Source: an uncultured Planctomycetales bacterium
Lineage (GTDB): Bacteria; Omnitrophota; Gorgyraeia; Zapsychrales; JANLHA01
Length of the DNA: 64,000 nucleotides
Reading direction: 5' to 3'
NCBI GenBank assembly: GCA_964489065.1
Contig: CAZAXH010000008.1
Location: 64,130-128,129 of the forward strand
A program made the position numbers and the translations under genes. Shown piece by piece: positions 36,263-46,006 of this stretch. The notes under the pieces are model-generated. The model did not search any database. It was not told where the DNA came from and saw nothing but the letters and a program-made list of their open reading frames with translations. The first letter of the stretch is position 1, and each line of letters opens with the position of its first letter.

Positions 36263-37674
36263 ACCCCCAGGACTGTTTTCAGGATTGTTTTGGGATAATA
36301 TTTCAGATAAAAATAAAAACGTTTATCCTGATTTTTCATGGCAAGGACGAGCATCCCTGCCATGATCAGGACGTTAGGAACGAAGCGAAAAAATTTCCAC
36401 CGGTTCTTATGCCGCAGAAAAGAATTCACGGCCGGGGAAAACAACGGGAGTATCTTAAAATATTTTTGAAAACAGGCGTTAGGGATTTTCATGTCCGGGC
36501 TTCCGGCCACAGCGGAAAAAAAGTCCGACTGGTAACGGTCGTCGTTTTTAATGTCGGCTGGAGCCCATTCAAATATTTTCGCCTGACGGTAAAAAACCAG
36601 GTTATGGCATTTGATTCTGTTGAGGCCGCGCAAGTTAGCGTATATTCCCGCCGCCGTTATATGGTCGTCCAGGCTTTCTCCGGGAATGCCGAATAGATGG
36701 TCGGCATCATAGGCGAGATGGTGCCGGTCACATAGGGCAAAGGCTTTTGCAACCACCGCATTGTGTTCCTCCCGGGACAGGACGCGCCGTTTAAGGGATT
36801 CATTCAGTGTCTGCACCCCGAACTCCACGCAATAGCAACGGCTTTCTTTGAGCATCCCGGCCATTTCCTCGTCGAAACTTCCAGCTTTGGCAAAACATTT
36901 ATAGGGCAGGCCAATCTGCTTGCGGTATTGCGCCAGGAATTGCCGAAGCCAGTCCTTGTTTAAAGCAAAAATGGGATCTTTAAAAATGACTTCTCTCATG
37001 CGGTAACGTTTTTGCGCCTCTTGCAGTTCCGCGATCACGTGTTCAGGGAGCCGTCTCCGGCAATAATGCGCGCCCAGGGTGTCCTTTAACACCGTTTCAA
37101 GGCAGTAAGAGCAATGGGCGGGGCAGCCCTTGCTGGTAAACACCATGTAACTGTCCCGGAAGTTCACGTAACGTTCAAATAAGCTTTTATCCGGCAACGG
37201 CAGTTTATTGACATCAACCACTCCGGGAATCCGGAAAACCACCGGTGCCCCCGTGTCATATCGTTCACGCAGGAAAACGTCGAATGCGAGTTCCGGTTCA
37301 CCGATAAGGGTGAAATCAACCCCGCAGGGCGCCGGGAGATCGATAACGGATAAATAAACTGTTTTGACTCCGGGCAGAGATGTTTTGATGCCCTCCGCGA
37401 AACCCTCTATCCCAGGTTTATTCAAATGAATAGCATCATAAAAGACAACAAGGTCAGGGTTCAGGGTTATTATTTTTTTTATGGACTTTTGGGGCCGGGA
37501 AAAAATTTTATGAAGGCGGGGAGAAGAAATAATGTTATCGGAAAGGCCGAAACTATCCTGGTCATAAATCAGGGCTGTTTCATGCCCGTAACCCCTGGCA
37601 ATCGCCGAAAGGGTCTCCGTGACAAGGGCATCCTGCAAAAAGTAACGGCCTTTGTAAAAAAATGCGATTTTCAT
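36259..37674 (-). CDS. Class-B-like radical SAM enzyme with a degenerate N-terminal B12-type domain
   Basis: It has the MKIAFFYKG start, SKGCPAHCSYC (CxxxCxxC), VEFGVQTLNE and a hydrophobic C-terminal tail (FRFVPNVLIMAGMLVLA). The GG.H.T motif of the other paralogs is absent. Confidence 0.8.
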   Translation of the reverse strand: MKIAFFYKGRYFLQDALVTETLSAIARGYGHETALIYDQDSFGLSDNIISSPRLHKIFSRPQKSIKKIITLNPDLVVFYDAIHLNKPGIEGFAEGIKTSLPGVKTVYLSVIDLPAPCGVDFTLIGEPELAFDVFLRERYDTGAPVVFRIPGVVDVNKLPLPDKSLFERYVNFRDSYMVFTSKGCPAHCSYCLETVLKDTLGAHYCRRRLPEHVIAELQEAQKRYRMREVIFKDPIFALNKDWLRQFLAQYRKQIGLPYKCFAKAGSFDEEMAGMLKESRCYCVEFGVQTLNESLKRRVLSREEHNAVVAKAFALCDRHHLAYDADHLFGIPGESLDDHITAAGIYANLRGLNRIKCHNLVFYRQAKIFEWAPADIKNDDRYQSDFFSAVAGSPDMKIPNACFQKYFKILPLFSPAVNSFLRHKNRWKFFRFVPNVLIMAGMLVLAMKNQDKRFYFYLKYYPKTILKTVLGV

Positions 37675-37978
37675 TTTTGACTCAATCGTCCTTTTTAAGC
37701 CGGATGGTTCCTGGCAGACCAGCGGTGAGCATGAGCGCCCGGTGACAAGACAATGTTTATAATACTAGAAACCAGAAAGCTAAACCAGTAAAAACTTAAA
37801 ACGATTACCGGTGTTGTGCTGTCATCAAAGCCGGGAAGTTATCAGGTCGTGAATTTATAATTTTTTTCTATAAATATGATTATTAATATTCAAATAACAT
37901 TTAAAGTATCGTAAAGAATTCCTGCTATAATAAAAGGCCGTAGATAAAAATTGTTTTCAACATTTCTTTAAGCGGGCT

Positions 37979-39181
37979 GTGATGAATTACCATTTTTCAG
38001 AAAAAATAAGGTTTATTTTCGGCCTTCTGGTGTGCCTTCTTTTTATTTTTGCTGATCGAATCATGACGGTTAAGGACCGCCCTGAAATTCTCGCCCCCGG
38101 CGTGAAAGTACCATTTATAAATAGTTCTGATATAGATATCCCAGACACCGCCCTTTTGGAATATCAAAGTTATATCCAAAGAACCGGACACCACGATTTG
38201 AAACAGCTCAAGGCATTGCTTTATAACCGGCTTGGGCATAACGATATTCGTGTGCGGATGAATGCCGTGGAAGTCTTGGGGGAAGTGGATGACCCTGATG
38301 TCCTGGACCGGCTTTGGAAAATTTACCTTCATGATGACGAGGCGTTTATAAGAAATTCAGCCATAGCCGGGATGCTTAACCACGGAACCCCCGAGGTTTT
38401 AGAGTTTCTTACGCAATCCATATCAGACACCGATCCAGAAGTCCGAAGGCAATCTGTAGAAGGGTGTATGGTCTTTGCCGATGCGGCTCTCCAAGGCCTC
38501 ATAGAAACGCGGTTTGCGCAGGAAACTGACACCCTGAACCGGATCGCGCTGGCAGCGCTTTTGTATAAGATCGGCGATAAGGAAAAACTGGCCTATCTCA
38601 CGGACGTTCTGCTTCATGAGCCGTCCCTGGAGTTCCGTATCTACACGGCCCATATGTTGCAGGATTCCGGCGTCAAAATTAACCCGGAAGACATAAAAGA
38701 AATTTTCGTTCAGGAGACTCACCCGGAAGTCAAAATCTGGCTGGCCGCTCTTTTGGCCGGACAAGGAGACACCTCCGGATTAGATGACTTAAAACATATC
38801 GTGTCCGGGGACGCTGATCCCGTTTTAAAATCTTCAGCTGCTCAGGCTTTGAACGCTTTAGGCGAACAGGCCTATGTTTATCCTTATTTATTGGATCTTT
38901 TAAAAACCGGCGATGAGGCCATCCGGGAGCGGGCTCTTGAGGATTTAGTGGATTTTAAAGATTATCCGCTATTACCGGTTTTAAGCCGAGTCCTCAAGGA
39001 TGACCCTAGCATAACGGTCAGGGAAATCGCCGCCTGGGTGATGGGCGAAAGAAAAGACATCGAGGCGCTGCCCTGTCTGGAGCAAGGGCTCAATGATAAA
39101 AGCGCTTTTGTGCGGACCGGCGTTATTGCCGCGCTTTATAAAATTTTATCAGCTCAGGAGCTGAAACAAGGGAAAAAATAA
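37979..39181 (+). CDS. HEAT-repeat (PBS-lyase-like) protein with an N-terminal membrane anchor
   Basis: The N-terminal helix is IRFIFGLLVCLLFIFA. It is followed by repeated motifs of about 30 aa (VRMNAVEVLGEVDDP, IRNSAIAGML, VRRQSVEG, VREIAAWVMGE, VRTGVIAAL). The start is GTG at 37979 or ATG at 37982. Confidence 0.7.
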   Translation: MMNYHFSEKIRFIFGLLVCLLFIFADRIMTVKDRPEILAPGVKVPFINSSDIDIPDTALLEYQSYIQRTGHHDLKQLKALLYNRLGHNDIRVRMNAVEVLGEVDDPDVLDRLWKIYLHDDEAFIRNSAIAGMLNHGTPEVLEFLTQSISDTDPEVRRQSVEGCMVFADAALQGLIETRFAQETDTLNRIALAALLYKIGDKEKLAYLTDVLLHEPSLEFRIYTAHMLQDSGVKINPEDIKEIFVQETHPEVKIWLAALLAGQGDTSGLDDLKHIVSGDADPVLKSSAAQALNALGEQAYVYPYLLDLLKTGDEAIRERALEDLVDFKDYPLLPVLSRVLKDDPSITVREIAAWVMGERKDIEALPCLEQGLNDKSAFVRTGVIAALYKILSAQELKQGKK

Positions 39182-39369
39182 AACCGGCGTCCATAAATTT
39201 TTTTTAAAAGACTTTGCGCTCTACGTGATACGCGCCCGCTGCCCGGGATGGAGATTTTAAGGATTCAATGGGTTTATGATACAATGAACATGGGGATGTT
39301 TAAGAATTAGACCATAAAATACTGATGTGATATGACGGGGATATCCGATAATACCAGAAAGCAGGGGGC

Positions 39370-40875
39370 ATGAAGTTATCTCTGATTTTCAATCCCTTCT
39401 CCTATAAGGCGCACGAAGAAAATCTTAAAATCGTCCAGAAATATTTCGGCCTATTTCCCCCTTTAAGTCTGGCCTGGGTGGCCGCCATCGCGGAAAAGTC
39501 CGGGCATCAGGTCCAGCTAATCGACGCCCGGACTTTAAAACTCTCCATGGAAGAGACTTTTCAACAGGTCCGGGCTTTTAATCCGGACATTATGGGATTT
39601 ATGATGACGACCTATATGTTTCAGGACACGTTGTCCTGGATCAAATTCTTAAAAGCCCGTATCTCCGTCCCGGTCGTGGTGGGAGGATATAATCTCCGGG
39701 TGTACCCCAGAGAGTCTTTGTCTCATCCGGAAATAGATTTCGGCGTGGTCGAGCACGCTTACTACACCATCCCGCGTCTTCTGGAAGAACTGGAGAGCGG
39801 TCGTCATGATTTCACCACAGTGCCCGGCCTGGTTTATAAAAAAAACGGATTAGTTCTAGTCACTCCGCACCCGCAAAAAATCAACTTTAACGATTTCCCC
39901 AACCCGGCGAGGCACCTTTTGCCGAATCATCTTTACGCCGAATTCCCGACCGAACGGAGGAACTTCACGGTGATGGTGACGTCCCTGGGATGCCCTTACG
40001 GCTGTACCTTTTGTGAAGCGGGGCGTACGCCGTATAATCCCCGTTCTCCGGAAAAAGTCGTGGCGGAAATGGAGGAATGTTATTTGCATTACGGGATCAG
40101 GGAAATTGACATTTTTGATTATGAATTCACGGGAATCCGTGACCGGGTTATGAAAATCTGCCAGATGATTAAGGAAAAAAAATGGGACATGATCTGGGCC
40201 TGCCGGTCCCGCATTGACACCGTTGACGCGGAATTGCTCTCTGAAATGAAACAGGCCGGCTGCCGGAGGATATATTTCGGGCTGGAATCAGGGCGGCAGG
40301 ACATCCTGGACAGTGTCCACAAAGGATATTCCCTGAAACAAGTCCGGGACATTATTGCCGCCTGCTCCTCTCTGGGAATCCGGACCCTGGGGTTCTTTCT
40401 GGTCGGCGCGCCGGGTGACACGAGGGAAACGGTTAAAGAAACGGTCGCGTTCGCCAAAAAACTCAACTTGGATTATGTGCAGTTTTCCAAATGCCTAGCC
40501 AAACCTTTAACCCCACTCTGGAAAGACATGGTCGTCCAGGAGCAGAAAGACTACTGGGGCGACTGGGTTCTGGGAACGGAAACAGACCGGGAGTTGCCCC
40601 GCCCCTGGACCGAATTGACAAACCAGGAGGTTGATCAGCTGGCCCGATGGGCCTATATTTCGTATTACGCGCGGCCTTCCTTTTTATGGAAGCATTTGCT
40701 GAAAATCGGCTCATTCCTGGAACTGAAACGCAAGGTGCTTGCGCTTATCGATATGTTATGGAAACAGGAACCCTATTCGCGGCCGGAAAAGGATTTTAAG
40801 GCTTTTAACGAGAATCCGGCAGCCCGGGTCCGGAACTATCAGGCGGCCCCAAAACACACGGCCCCGCAAAGGTGA
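39370..40875 (+). CDS. B12-binding (class B) radical SAM enzyme, second subfamily
   Basis: It has FPPLSLAWVAAIAEKSGHQVQLID (B12 domain), VVGGYNLRVYP, SLGCPYGCTFC and GLESG. An AGGGGG RBS lies upstream. Confidence 0.9.
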   Translation: MKLSLIFNPFSYKAHEENLKIVQKYFGLFPPLSLAWVAAIAEKSGHQVQLIDARTLKLSMEETFQQVRAFNPDIMGFMMTTYMFQDTLSWIKFLKARISVPVVVGGYNLRVYPRESLSHPEIDFGVVEHAYYTIPRLLEELESGRHDFTTVPGLVYKKNGLVLVTPHPQKINFNDFPNPARHLLPNHLYAEFPTERRNFTVMVTSLGCPYGCTFCEAGRTPYNPRSPEKVVAEMEECYLHYGIREIDIFDYEFTGIRDRVMKICQMIKEKKWDMIWACRSRIDTVDAELLSEMKQAGCRRIYFGLESGRQDILDSVHKGYSLKQVRDIIAACSSLGIRTLGFFLVGAPGDTRETVKETVAFAKKLNLDYVQFSKCLAKPLTPLWKDMVVQEQKDYWGDWVLGTETDRELPRPWTELTNQEVDQLARWAYISYYARPSFLWKHLLKIGSFLELKRKVLALIDMLWKQEPYSRPEKDFKAFNENPAARVRNYQAAPKHTAPQR

Positions 40876-40879
40876 CGAT

Positions 40880-42124
40880 ATGATTTTTAAACCGATCCCC
40901 CGGCAAAAATCCTGCAACACTTTTCGCGACCTCTGGCGTGTTTTCTGCCTCCTTGCAACAAAACGTTTCTGGCAGGGGGAAGAAACACGAGAATTTGAAA
41001 CTCTCTTCGCCGAAAAATATGGCATGAAATACGCTCTGGCCACGGGGTCCTGCCGCTCTGCTTTCGCGCTTCTTCTTGATGCGCTGGAGATCAAAAGCGG
41101 GGATGAAGTCATTTTACCGGCTTATAACATGCCGGCTTTCCCGAAAATATTAAAATGCAAGGGGATCCAACCGGTTTTTATCGATATTAATGAAAATACC
41201 CTGAATATGGATGAACGCCTGATTGGACCCAAAATCAGCTCGAGAACCAAAGCCATCGTCGCGGTTCATCTTTTCGGGAACGCCTGCCCTATGGACGAAA
41301 TCCTGTCCCTAGCCCGCAAACATAACCTATATGTCATTGAGGATTGCGCCAACGCGTGGGGAGCGTGTTTCCGATCCCGGTATGTCGGCACTTTTGGGGA
41401 CGCGGCCTGTTTCAGCCTTGGGGCCACAAAAGACATCCCGACTTTCGGCGGCGGGATGATTTTGACAAACAACCAAACCCTCTTTGACAAACTGGCTTGT
41501 ATTTATGAACAACAAACGAGTTGTCCCTCTTGGGGGAATGTCCTGATAGACCTCGCCAGGAACATGATAATGTTACTGATGGGCTTCGGCCCTTTCTACA
41601 GCCTGCTGGTTTTTCCTGTCCAGTTCCTTTGTTCCCGGGCCGGGTTTGACCTGATGGATTATCTCATCGAGGAAAAAGACCGTCCTCTGACGGCTGTCCC
41701 GCAAAAAAAATATGTTAATTTTCAAGCTGTCGTGGGCCTGCATCAATTCAAGCCCGGAGAACAAAACCAGCAGCGGAGGATATGGAACGCCCGGATTCTC
41801 AACGCCCGGCTGCGCGATATCCCGGAGGTCCATATCCCGCAAACAGCGCCGGAGGGAGATCACACATACTGGAATTACCCGCTCCTCGTTCCCCGACGCG
41901 GGCTTTTAGTCACAAGGTTGCTCAAACACGGGATCAGCACAAAAATTCTGGATACTTATAACTGTAATCAATTAAAAACTTTTAGTGATTTCCGGCAAGA
42001 CTGCCCCCGGGCAGACCGGATCGCGAACACAGTCCTGATTTTGCCGGTATACCATCATTTGCACGAAACCGAAATGAATTTCATCGCGGAAACCATAAAA
42101 AAAGAATGCCAGTGTCTCGTTTAA
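40880..42124 (+). CDS. DegT-like PLP aminotransferase-fold protein (long subtype with a hydrophobic insert)
   Basis: The ATG at 40880 follows AAAGGTGA; the track start at 40739 overlaps the upstream gene. It has ATGSCRSAFALLL, IEDCANAWGACFRSRYVG and FSLGATKDIPTFGGG. The hydrophobic insert is ARNMIMLLMGFGPFYSLLVFPVQFLCSRAGF. Confidence 0.78.
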   Translation: MIFKPIPRQKSCNTFRDLWRVFCLLATKRFWQGEETREFETLFAEKYGMKYALATGSCRSAFALLLDALEIKSGDEVILPAYNMPAFPKILKCKGIQPVFIDINENTLNMDERLIGPKISSRTKAIVAVHLFGNACPMDEILSLARKHNLYVIEDCANAWGACFRSRYVGTFGDAACFSLGATKDIPTFGGGMILTNNQTLFDKLACIYEQQTSCPSWGNVLIDLARNMIMLLMGFGPFYSLLVFPVQFLCSRAGFDLMDYLIEEKDRPLTAVPQKKYVNFQAVVGLHQFKPGEQNQQRRIWNARILNARLRDIPEVHIPQTAPEGDHTYWNYPLLVPRRGLLVTRLLKHGISTKILDTYNCNQLKTFSDFRQDCPRADRIANTVLILPVYHHLHETEMNFIAETIKKECQCLV

Positions 42125-42133
42125 ATTAAAAAG

Positions 42134-43612
42134 ATGGACTTGTTCACGCCCCCACTTCAAACAAACTGTAAGTGCAGGATTATGTTATTACGCCTCGTTC
42201 CGGATGTATACCGCCGGTCCAATCATCCGATTGGCCACCGGCCGCCGTATACCCTGAAATATATTGAAGCCTGCTTAAAACGGGAGGACCAGTTTTCAGT
42301 CACGCTTCTTGATCAGCATATTTCTGATATAAGGATGACCTTGGCCGGAATTGGAGGCATCCAGCGCCGGATAAAACCGCATGTCCTCGTATTGGACGTG
42401 TCCTCCCTGAACGAATCCGTCACGAAAACTTTTTTGCGCGGCATGGACGCTTCACAAAACGCGCAGACCATGCTGATCGCCGTGGGCCACGCTCCCAGCG
42501 CCGGCACGGAAATTTTCCGTGAAAAACATCCGCAATTTCATATCACACTAGCCGGGGAAGCGGAACAGGAGGTGGTGGGCCTCATTCAAAAATTTGCCGC
42601 GGGAGTGTCCTTAAAGGATCTGCGACCCATTTATGAAAACCCGCCTTTGTCCCGGCAAACATGGCTTGTCCGGGATCTGGATGCCCTGCCGTTTCCAGAA
42701 TACGACCGGGCCGAACTGCGTGGATATCATTTTGTTTACCCTCTTCCGGTGGCCAAACGGATTGTTTGGGGGCATATTTTAAGCAGCCGCGGCTGTCCCC
42801 ATCGGTGTGTTTTTTGTTCTCAACTCATGCGGGAAAGCTACGGGACGGAAATACGACGACGTTCAGCCCCCAGCGTGGTGGATGAAATCGAGCATCTTTT
42901 AAAATTAGGCGCCAATGTTATCAGCTTTGACGATGACAATTTCACCTATTCCCCCGCGCATGTCCGCTCCATTTGCGGAGAAATTTTGCGCCGTCACCTA
43001 AAAATTCGTTGGATCGCGCATGCACGGGTCGATGAAGTTGACGGCTCGCTTTTAACTTTAATGCGGGACAGCGGTTGCCTTTTGATACGTTATGGGGTCG
43101 AAACAGTCAGCAAGCTCATTCTCGATCGCCTCGAAAAGACCCCGGATCCCGAGACCTGGCCGGAAAAAACCCGGGAAGCGGTGGCCATGGCTAAAGCGCG
43201 CGGCATAGGCGTGGTGTGCCTGTTCATGATCGGGTGTCCCGGAGAAACCCGACAGGAACTGGAAAACGACATCCTGTTCGCGCAAAACCTTCAGCCCGAC
43301 ATTATTCAAGTCGCTTATTTCACCCCGTTTCCTGGATCCCGTTATTACGCGACCTTCCGGGGGCAGTTACCCGTCCGCAATGATTCGAAATTATATCATT
43401 ACAGTATCCCTGCGATAAATCCCAGTCGCATGAGAGACCGGGAATTTCAAACAGCCCAGGTTTTGTTTTATAAAAAATTTTTGCTACGGCCGGCTTTTCT
43501 CTGGAAACATCTGTGCCGTTATTTCATCTGTTATATAATGAATCCTGAAATCTTCCGTGAACTGATTAAAATAAAGAAAGAGCTGTTAAAACCCGGCCGC
43601 GACCTGTCATGA
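42134..43612 (+). CDS. B12-binding (class B) radical SAM enzyme, second subfamily
   Basis: It has HRPPYTLKYIEACLK, SRGCPHRCVFC, YGVETVS and IGCPGETRQE. The start is ambiguous (42134 or the internal M at about 42182). Confidence 0.85.
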   Translation: MDLFTPPLQTNCKCRIMLLRLVPDVYRRSNHPIGHRPPYTLKYIEACLKREDQFSVTLLDQHISDIRMTLAGIGGIQRRIKPHVLVLDVSSLNESVTKTFLRGMDASQNAQTMLIAVGHAPSAGTEIFREKHPQFHITLAGEAEQEVVGLIQKFAAGVSLKDLRPIYENPPLSRQTWLVRDLDALPFPEYDRAELRGYHFVYPLPVAKRIVWGHILSSRGCPHRCVFCSQLMRESYGTEIRRRSAPSVVDEIEHLLKLGANVISFDDDNFTYSPAHVRSICGEILRRHLKIRWIAHARVDEVDGSLLTLMRDSGCLLIRYGVETVSKLILDRLEKTPDPETWPEKTREAVAMAKARGIGVVCLFMIGCPGETRQELENDILFAQNLQPDIIQVAYFTPFPGSRYYATFRGQLPVRNDSKLYHYSIPAINPSRMRDREFQTAQVLFYKKFLLRPAFLWKHLCRYFICYIMNPEIFRELIKIKKELLKPGRDLS

Positions 43613-44613
43613 AAAAAAGCACCATCCTTCTTATAGTGAAAAATTTATTGCGCGCCCGGCTCTACAAAGAAAACATCCCAGTTATCGTCAGCTGGGCTAT
43701 TACCTATAAATGCAACGCGCGGTGTCAATATTGCGAAAACTGGACTTGCCCCACTGACAAGGAACTGACTAGGGAAGAAATCATGGCGGTTATTGATGAC
43801 CTGGCGGCCATGGGCACAGCGGTCATATCGTTGACGGGAGGGGAGCCTTTGTTGCGCCCGGATCTGGCGGATATCATTGATCATGCCGTGCACCGGAAAA
43901 TCTATGTGTCGGTTAATACCAATGGGATTCTCGTATCCCAACATCTTCCGGTTCTTAAAAAAGCGGACCGCGTGACGGTTAGTTTTGACGGGCCGGAAGC
44001 CGTGCATGATTCCATCCGCGGCCCCGGCACGCACGGCCTTGTCCTGAAGGCGATAGAAATTTTGGTGGAGAACGGGTGTGCGCCGGCATTAAACACCGTG
44101 TTGACAAAAATGAACGCCCCCTACGTTGACGACATCCTTAAAACCGCCGGACAATATAACGTTAAAGTATCATTTCAACCCGTTTCTCTTTGTTTACTCG
44201 AGAGTAAAAAAGAAAATCCGCTCGCGCCCGCGTCGGAAGATTATCAGGCGGCCATCAATAAGATCATAACCGCAAAAAGAAAAGGCAACCCGCATATCTT
44301 AAATTCACTGGGAGGGTTAAATCACCTTGCTCACTGGCCCTGTCCGGCCGCCATCGCGTGTTCGGCCGGGAGCGTGCATTTCCGTATCGAACCGGACGGG
44401 TTGATGACAAACTGCAGCCGGCAGTTTCTTTTAAAATCCAAGCACAGCCAAAGCGCGGATATCCGGGAAGGGGGTGTCCTCAGGGCTGTCCGTCAGTTGA
44501 AAGTCGTCCCGTGCTGTGAATGCTGGTGCGCCTCTACCGTGGAAACAAATTTAGCGACGTCTTTTAACGTTTCATGTGCTTGGAATATGCTGAAACGCGC
44601 CCGGGGGCATTAA
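43609..44613 (+). CDS. Radical SAM enzyme with a SPASM/twitch-like C-terminal domain
   Basis: It has ITYKCNARCQYCENW (CxxxCxxC), LTGGEPLL, CSAGSVHFRIEPDGLMTNC (C-x12-G-x4-C) and PCCECWC. The ATGA overlap is at 43609/43612. Confidence 0.85.
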   Translation: MKKSTILLIVKNLLRARLYKENIPVIVSWAITYKCNARCQYCENWTCPTDKELTREEIMAVIDDLAAMGTAVISLTGGEPLLRPDLADIIDHAVHRKIYVSVNTNGILVSQHLPVLKKADRVTVSFDGPEAVHDSIRGPGTHGLVLKAIEILVENGCAPALNTVLTKMNAPYVDDILKTAGQYNVKVSFQPVSLCLLESKKENPLAPASEDYQAAINKIITAKRKGNPHILNSLGGLNHLAHWPCPAAIACSAGSVHFRIEPDGLMTNCSRQFLLKSKHSQSADIREGGVLRAVRQLKVVPCCECWCASTVETNLATSFNVSCAWNMLKRARGH

Positions 44614-44620
44614 AAACCTT

Positions 44621-45982
44621 ATGAGTCAAATGGGATATATCGATCGTATAAAAAAAATATTATCTAGGGACAACACCCAATATACCCCGGCAGGGACGAT
44701 CCTGACCCTGTGCCTTACGGCTGGATTCTTGCTGCGGATTTATGCCGCAACAACAGTCCCCCGGGTTTTGGATGAAGAAGAAATTTTAATGCACGTGCCC
44801 GCCTTCAGCGGAATAACGTCCATAGCCGCCGGCAGTGATTGGACTCATAATCCTCCGTTAGTCCCTTATTTGCTTCAATTAAGCTTGGCGGCCGGAGGGA
44901 ACAATACCTTGGCCATGCGCTTCCCGGGGGTGTTGGCAGGGACGTTAACATTATTAATTCTGTATCTGCTCGTAAAAAAGCATGTAAACACACAAACAGC
45001 TTTATGGGCTCTTTTTTTCGCGGCCTTCAGCCAGTTTTTTATAGGATTCTCCCGCTTACTGAAACCAGACGGGATATCGTTATTTTTTATTGCCTGTGTT
45101 TTATTTCTTGCCGAGCAGGCGCATATAACGCGAAAGAAGTATTACCTTTGGGGTGCCGGGCTTTTTATGGGGTTCGGGCTTCTGGTAAAATTGAACATCA
45201 TAACCCTCTGGCCCGTCATCCTGTGTTATCTTTTTATCGGCTCTCCCGACCGCCGGGGTTTCTCGGGAAAAGATTTTATTCTTGTGCATATTCTCATGCT
45301 TCTTTGCCTTGCTCCGTATATCCTCTGGAATATCCAGAACTCCTGGGTTGACTATTCCGTCAAAACCGGCCGAACCGAGTTCCTTTCCATTAGCCTTGTG
45401 CCAACAGCTCTTTTTCTGGGGGAAATTTTTATTTCCAATATGCCTGAATTCACCAGTGAATACATATTTAAAATTTGTTCGGTGGAATATCCTTTCTTTA
45501 ACTGGATGCTGGGTCTGATCTGTATCACGGGAGCCGTATATTTTCTGTTTCGTGACACAAAGAATAGTTTTTTAACCTTATTAAAATGGGTCTTTTATTC
45601 CAATTACCTTTTTTTCTCACTCATGCGGCCCAGGACAGGGGGCGGGTATCATTTCCACCTGGATAATTTCTGGTGGGCCATTGTTCTGGTCATCCCCGGA
45701 CTTATCCTGGGATCCGCCATGATCGCTGAATTCTGGGACCGTTTCCGTTGGACCCGTTACCTTTCGCCGTTTTTGATTATCTATCTGATCCTGAACGCTT
45801 TTTCTTTCGCGTCTTTTCCCGCAAATTGCTGGGTGCCGGATGAGGGGTTAAAAGTACGGGAACTGTGCCTGACGGAAAATCACTATCGGGAAACGGGCGA
45901 TATCAGACGGGCAAAAAAAATTCGGGCTTATCTTCTCAAACATTTCCCGGAAAAAAGTCATTGCCGTTATTATAATTTTTGA
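44621..45982 (+). CDS. GT-C fold glycosyltransferase, ArnT/PMT (GT39/GT83)-like
   Basis: The protein is polytopic. Its first loop has the acidic motif VLDEEEIL, followed by AMRFPGVLAGTLTLLILYLLVKK, typical of PMT_2/ArnT-type enzymes. Confidence 0.7.
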   Translation: MSQMGYIDRIKKILSRDNTQYTPAGTILTLCLTAGFLLRIYAATTVPRVLDEEEILMHVPAFSGITSIAAGSDWTHNPPLVPYLLQLSLAAGGNNTLAMRFPGVLAGTLTLLILYLLVKKHVNTQTALWALFFAAFSQFFIGFSRLLKPDGISLFFIACVLFLAEQAHITRKKYYLWGAGLFMGFGLLVKLNIITLWPVILCYLFIGSPDRRGFSGKDFILVHILMLLCLAPYILWNIQNSWVDYSVKTGRTEFLSISLVPTALFLGEIFISNMPEFTSEYIFKICSVEYPFFNWMLGLICITGAVYFLFRDTKNSFLTLLKWVFYSNYLFFSLMRPRTGGGYHFHLDNFWWAIVLVIPGLILGSAMIAEFWDRFRWTRYLSPFLIIYLILNAFSFASFPANCWVPDEGLKVRELCLTENHYRETGDIRRAKKIRAYLLKHFPEKSHCRYYNF

Positions 45983-46006
45983 GAAAGACGCCCGTATTGT
46001 AACGTC

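Noticed and set aside
15144-40879. These are N-terminal extensions proposed by the ORF track: 15144, 21115, 23990, 28609, 30194, 31303, 32915 and 40739.
   Set aside because: Each extension overlaps the preceding gene substantially, or adds residues not shared with the paralogs. Internal ATGs (15189, 21133, 24014, 28681, 30305, 31360, 32978, 40880) fit paralog N-termini, RBS positions or ATGA coupling better.
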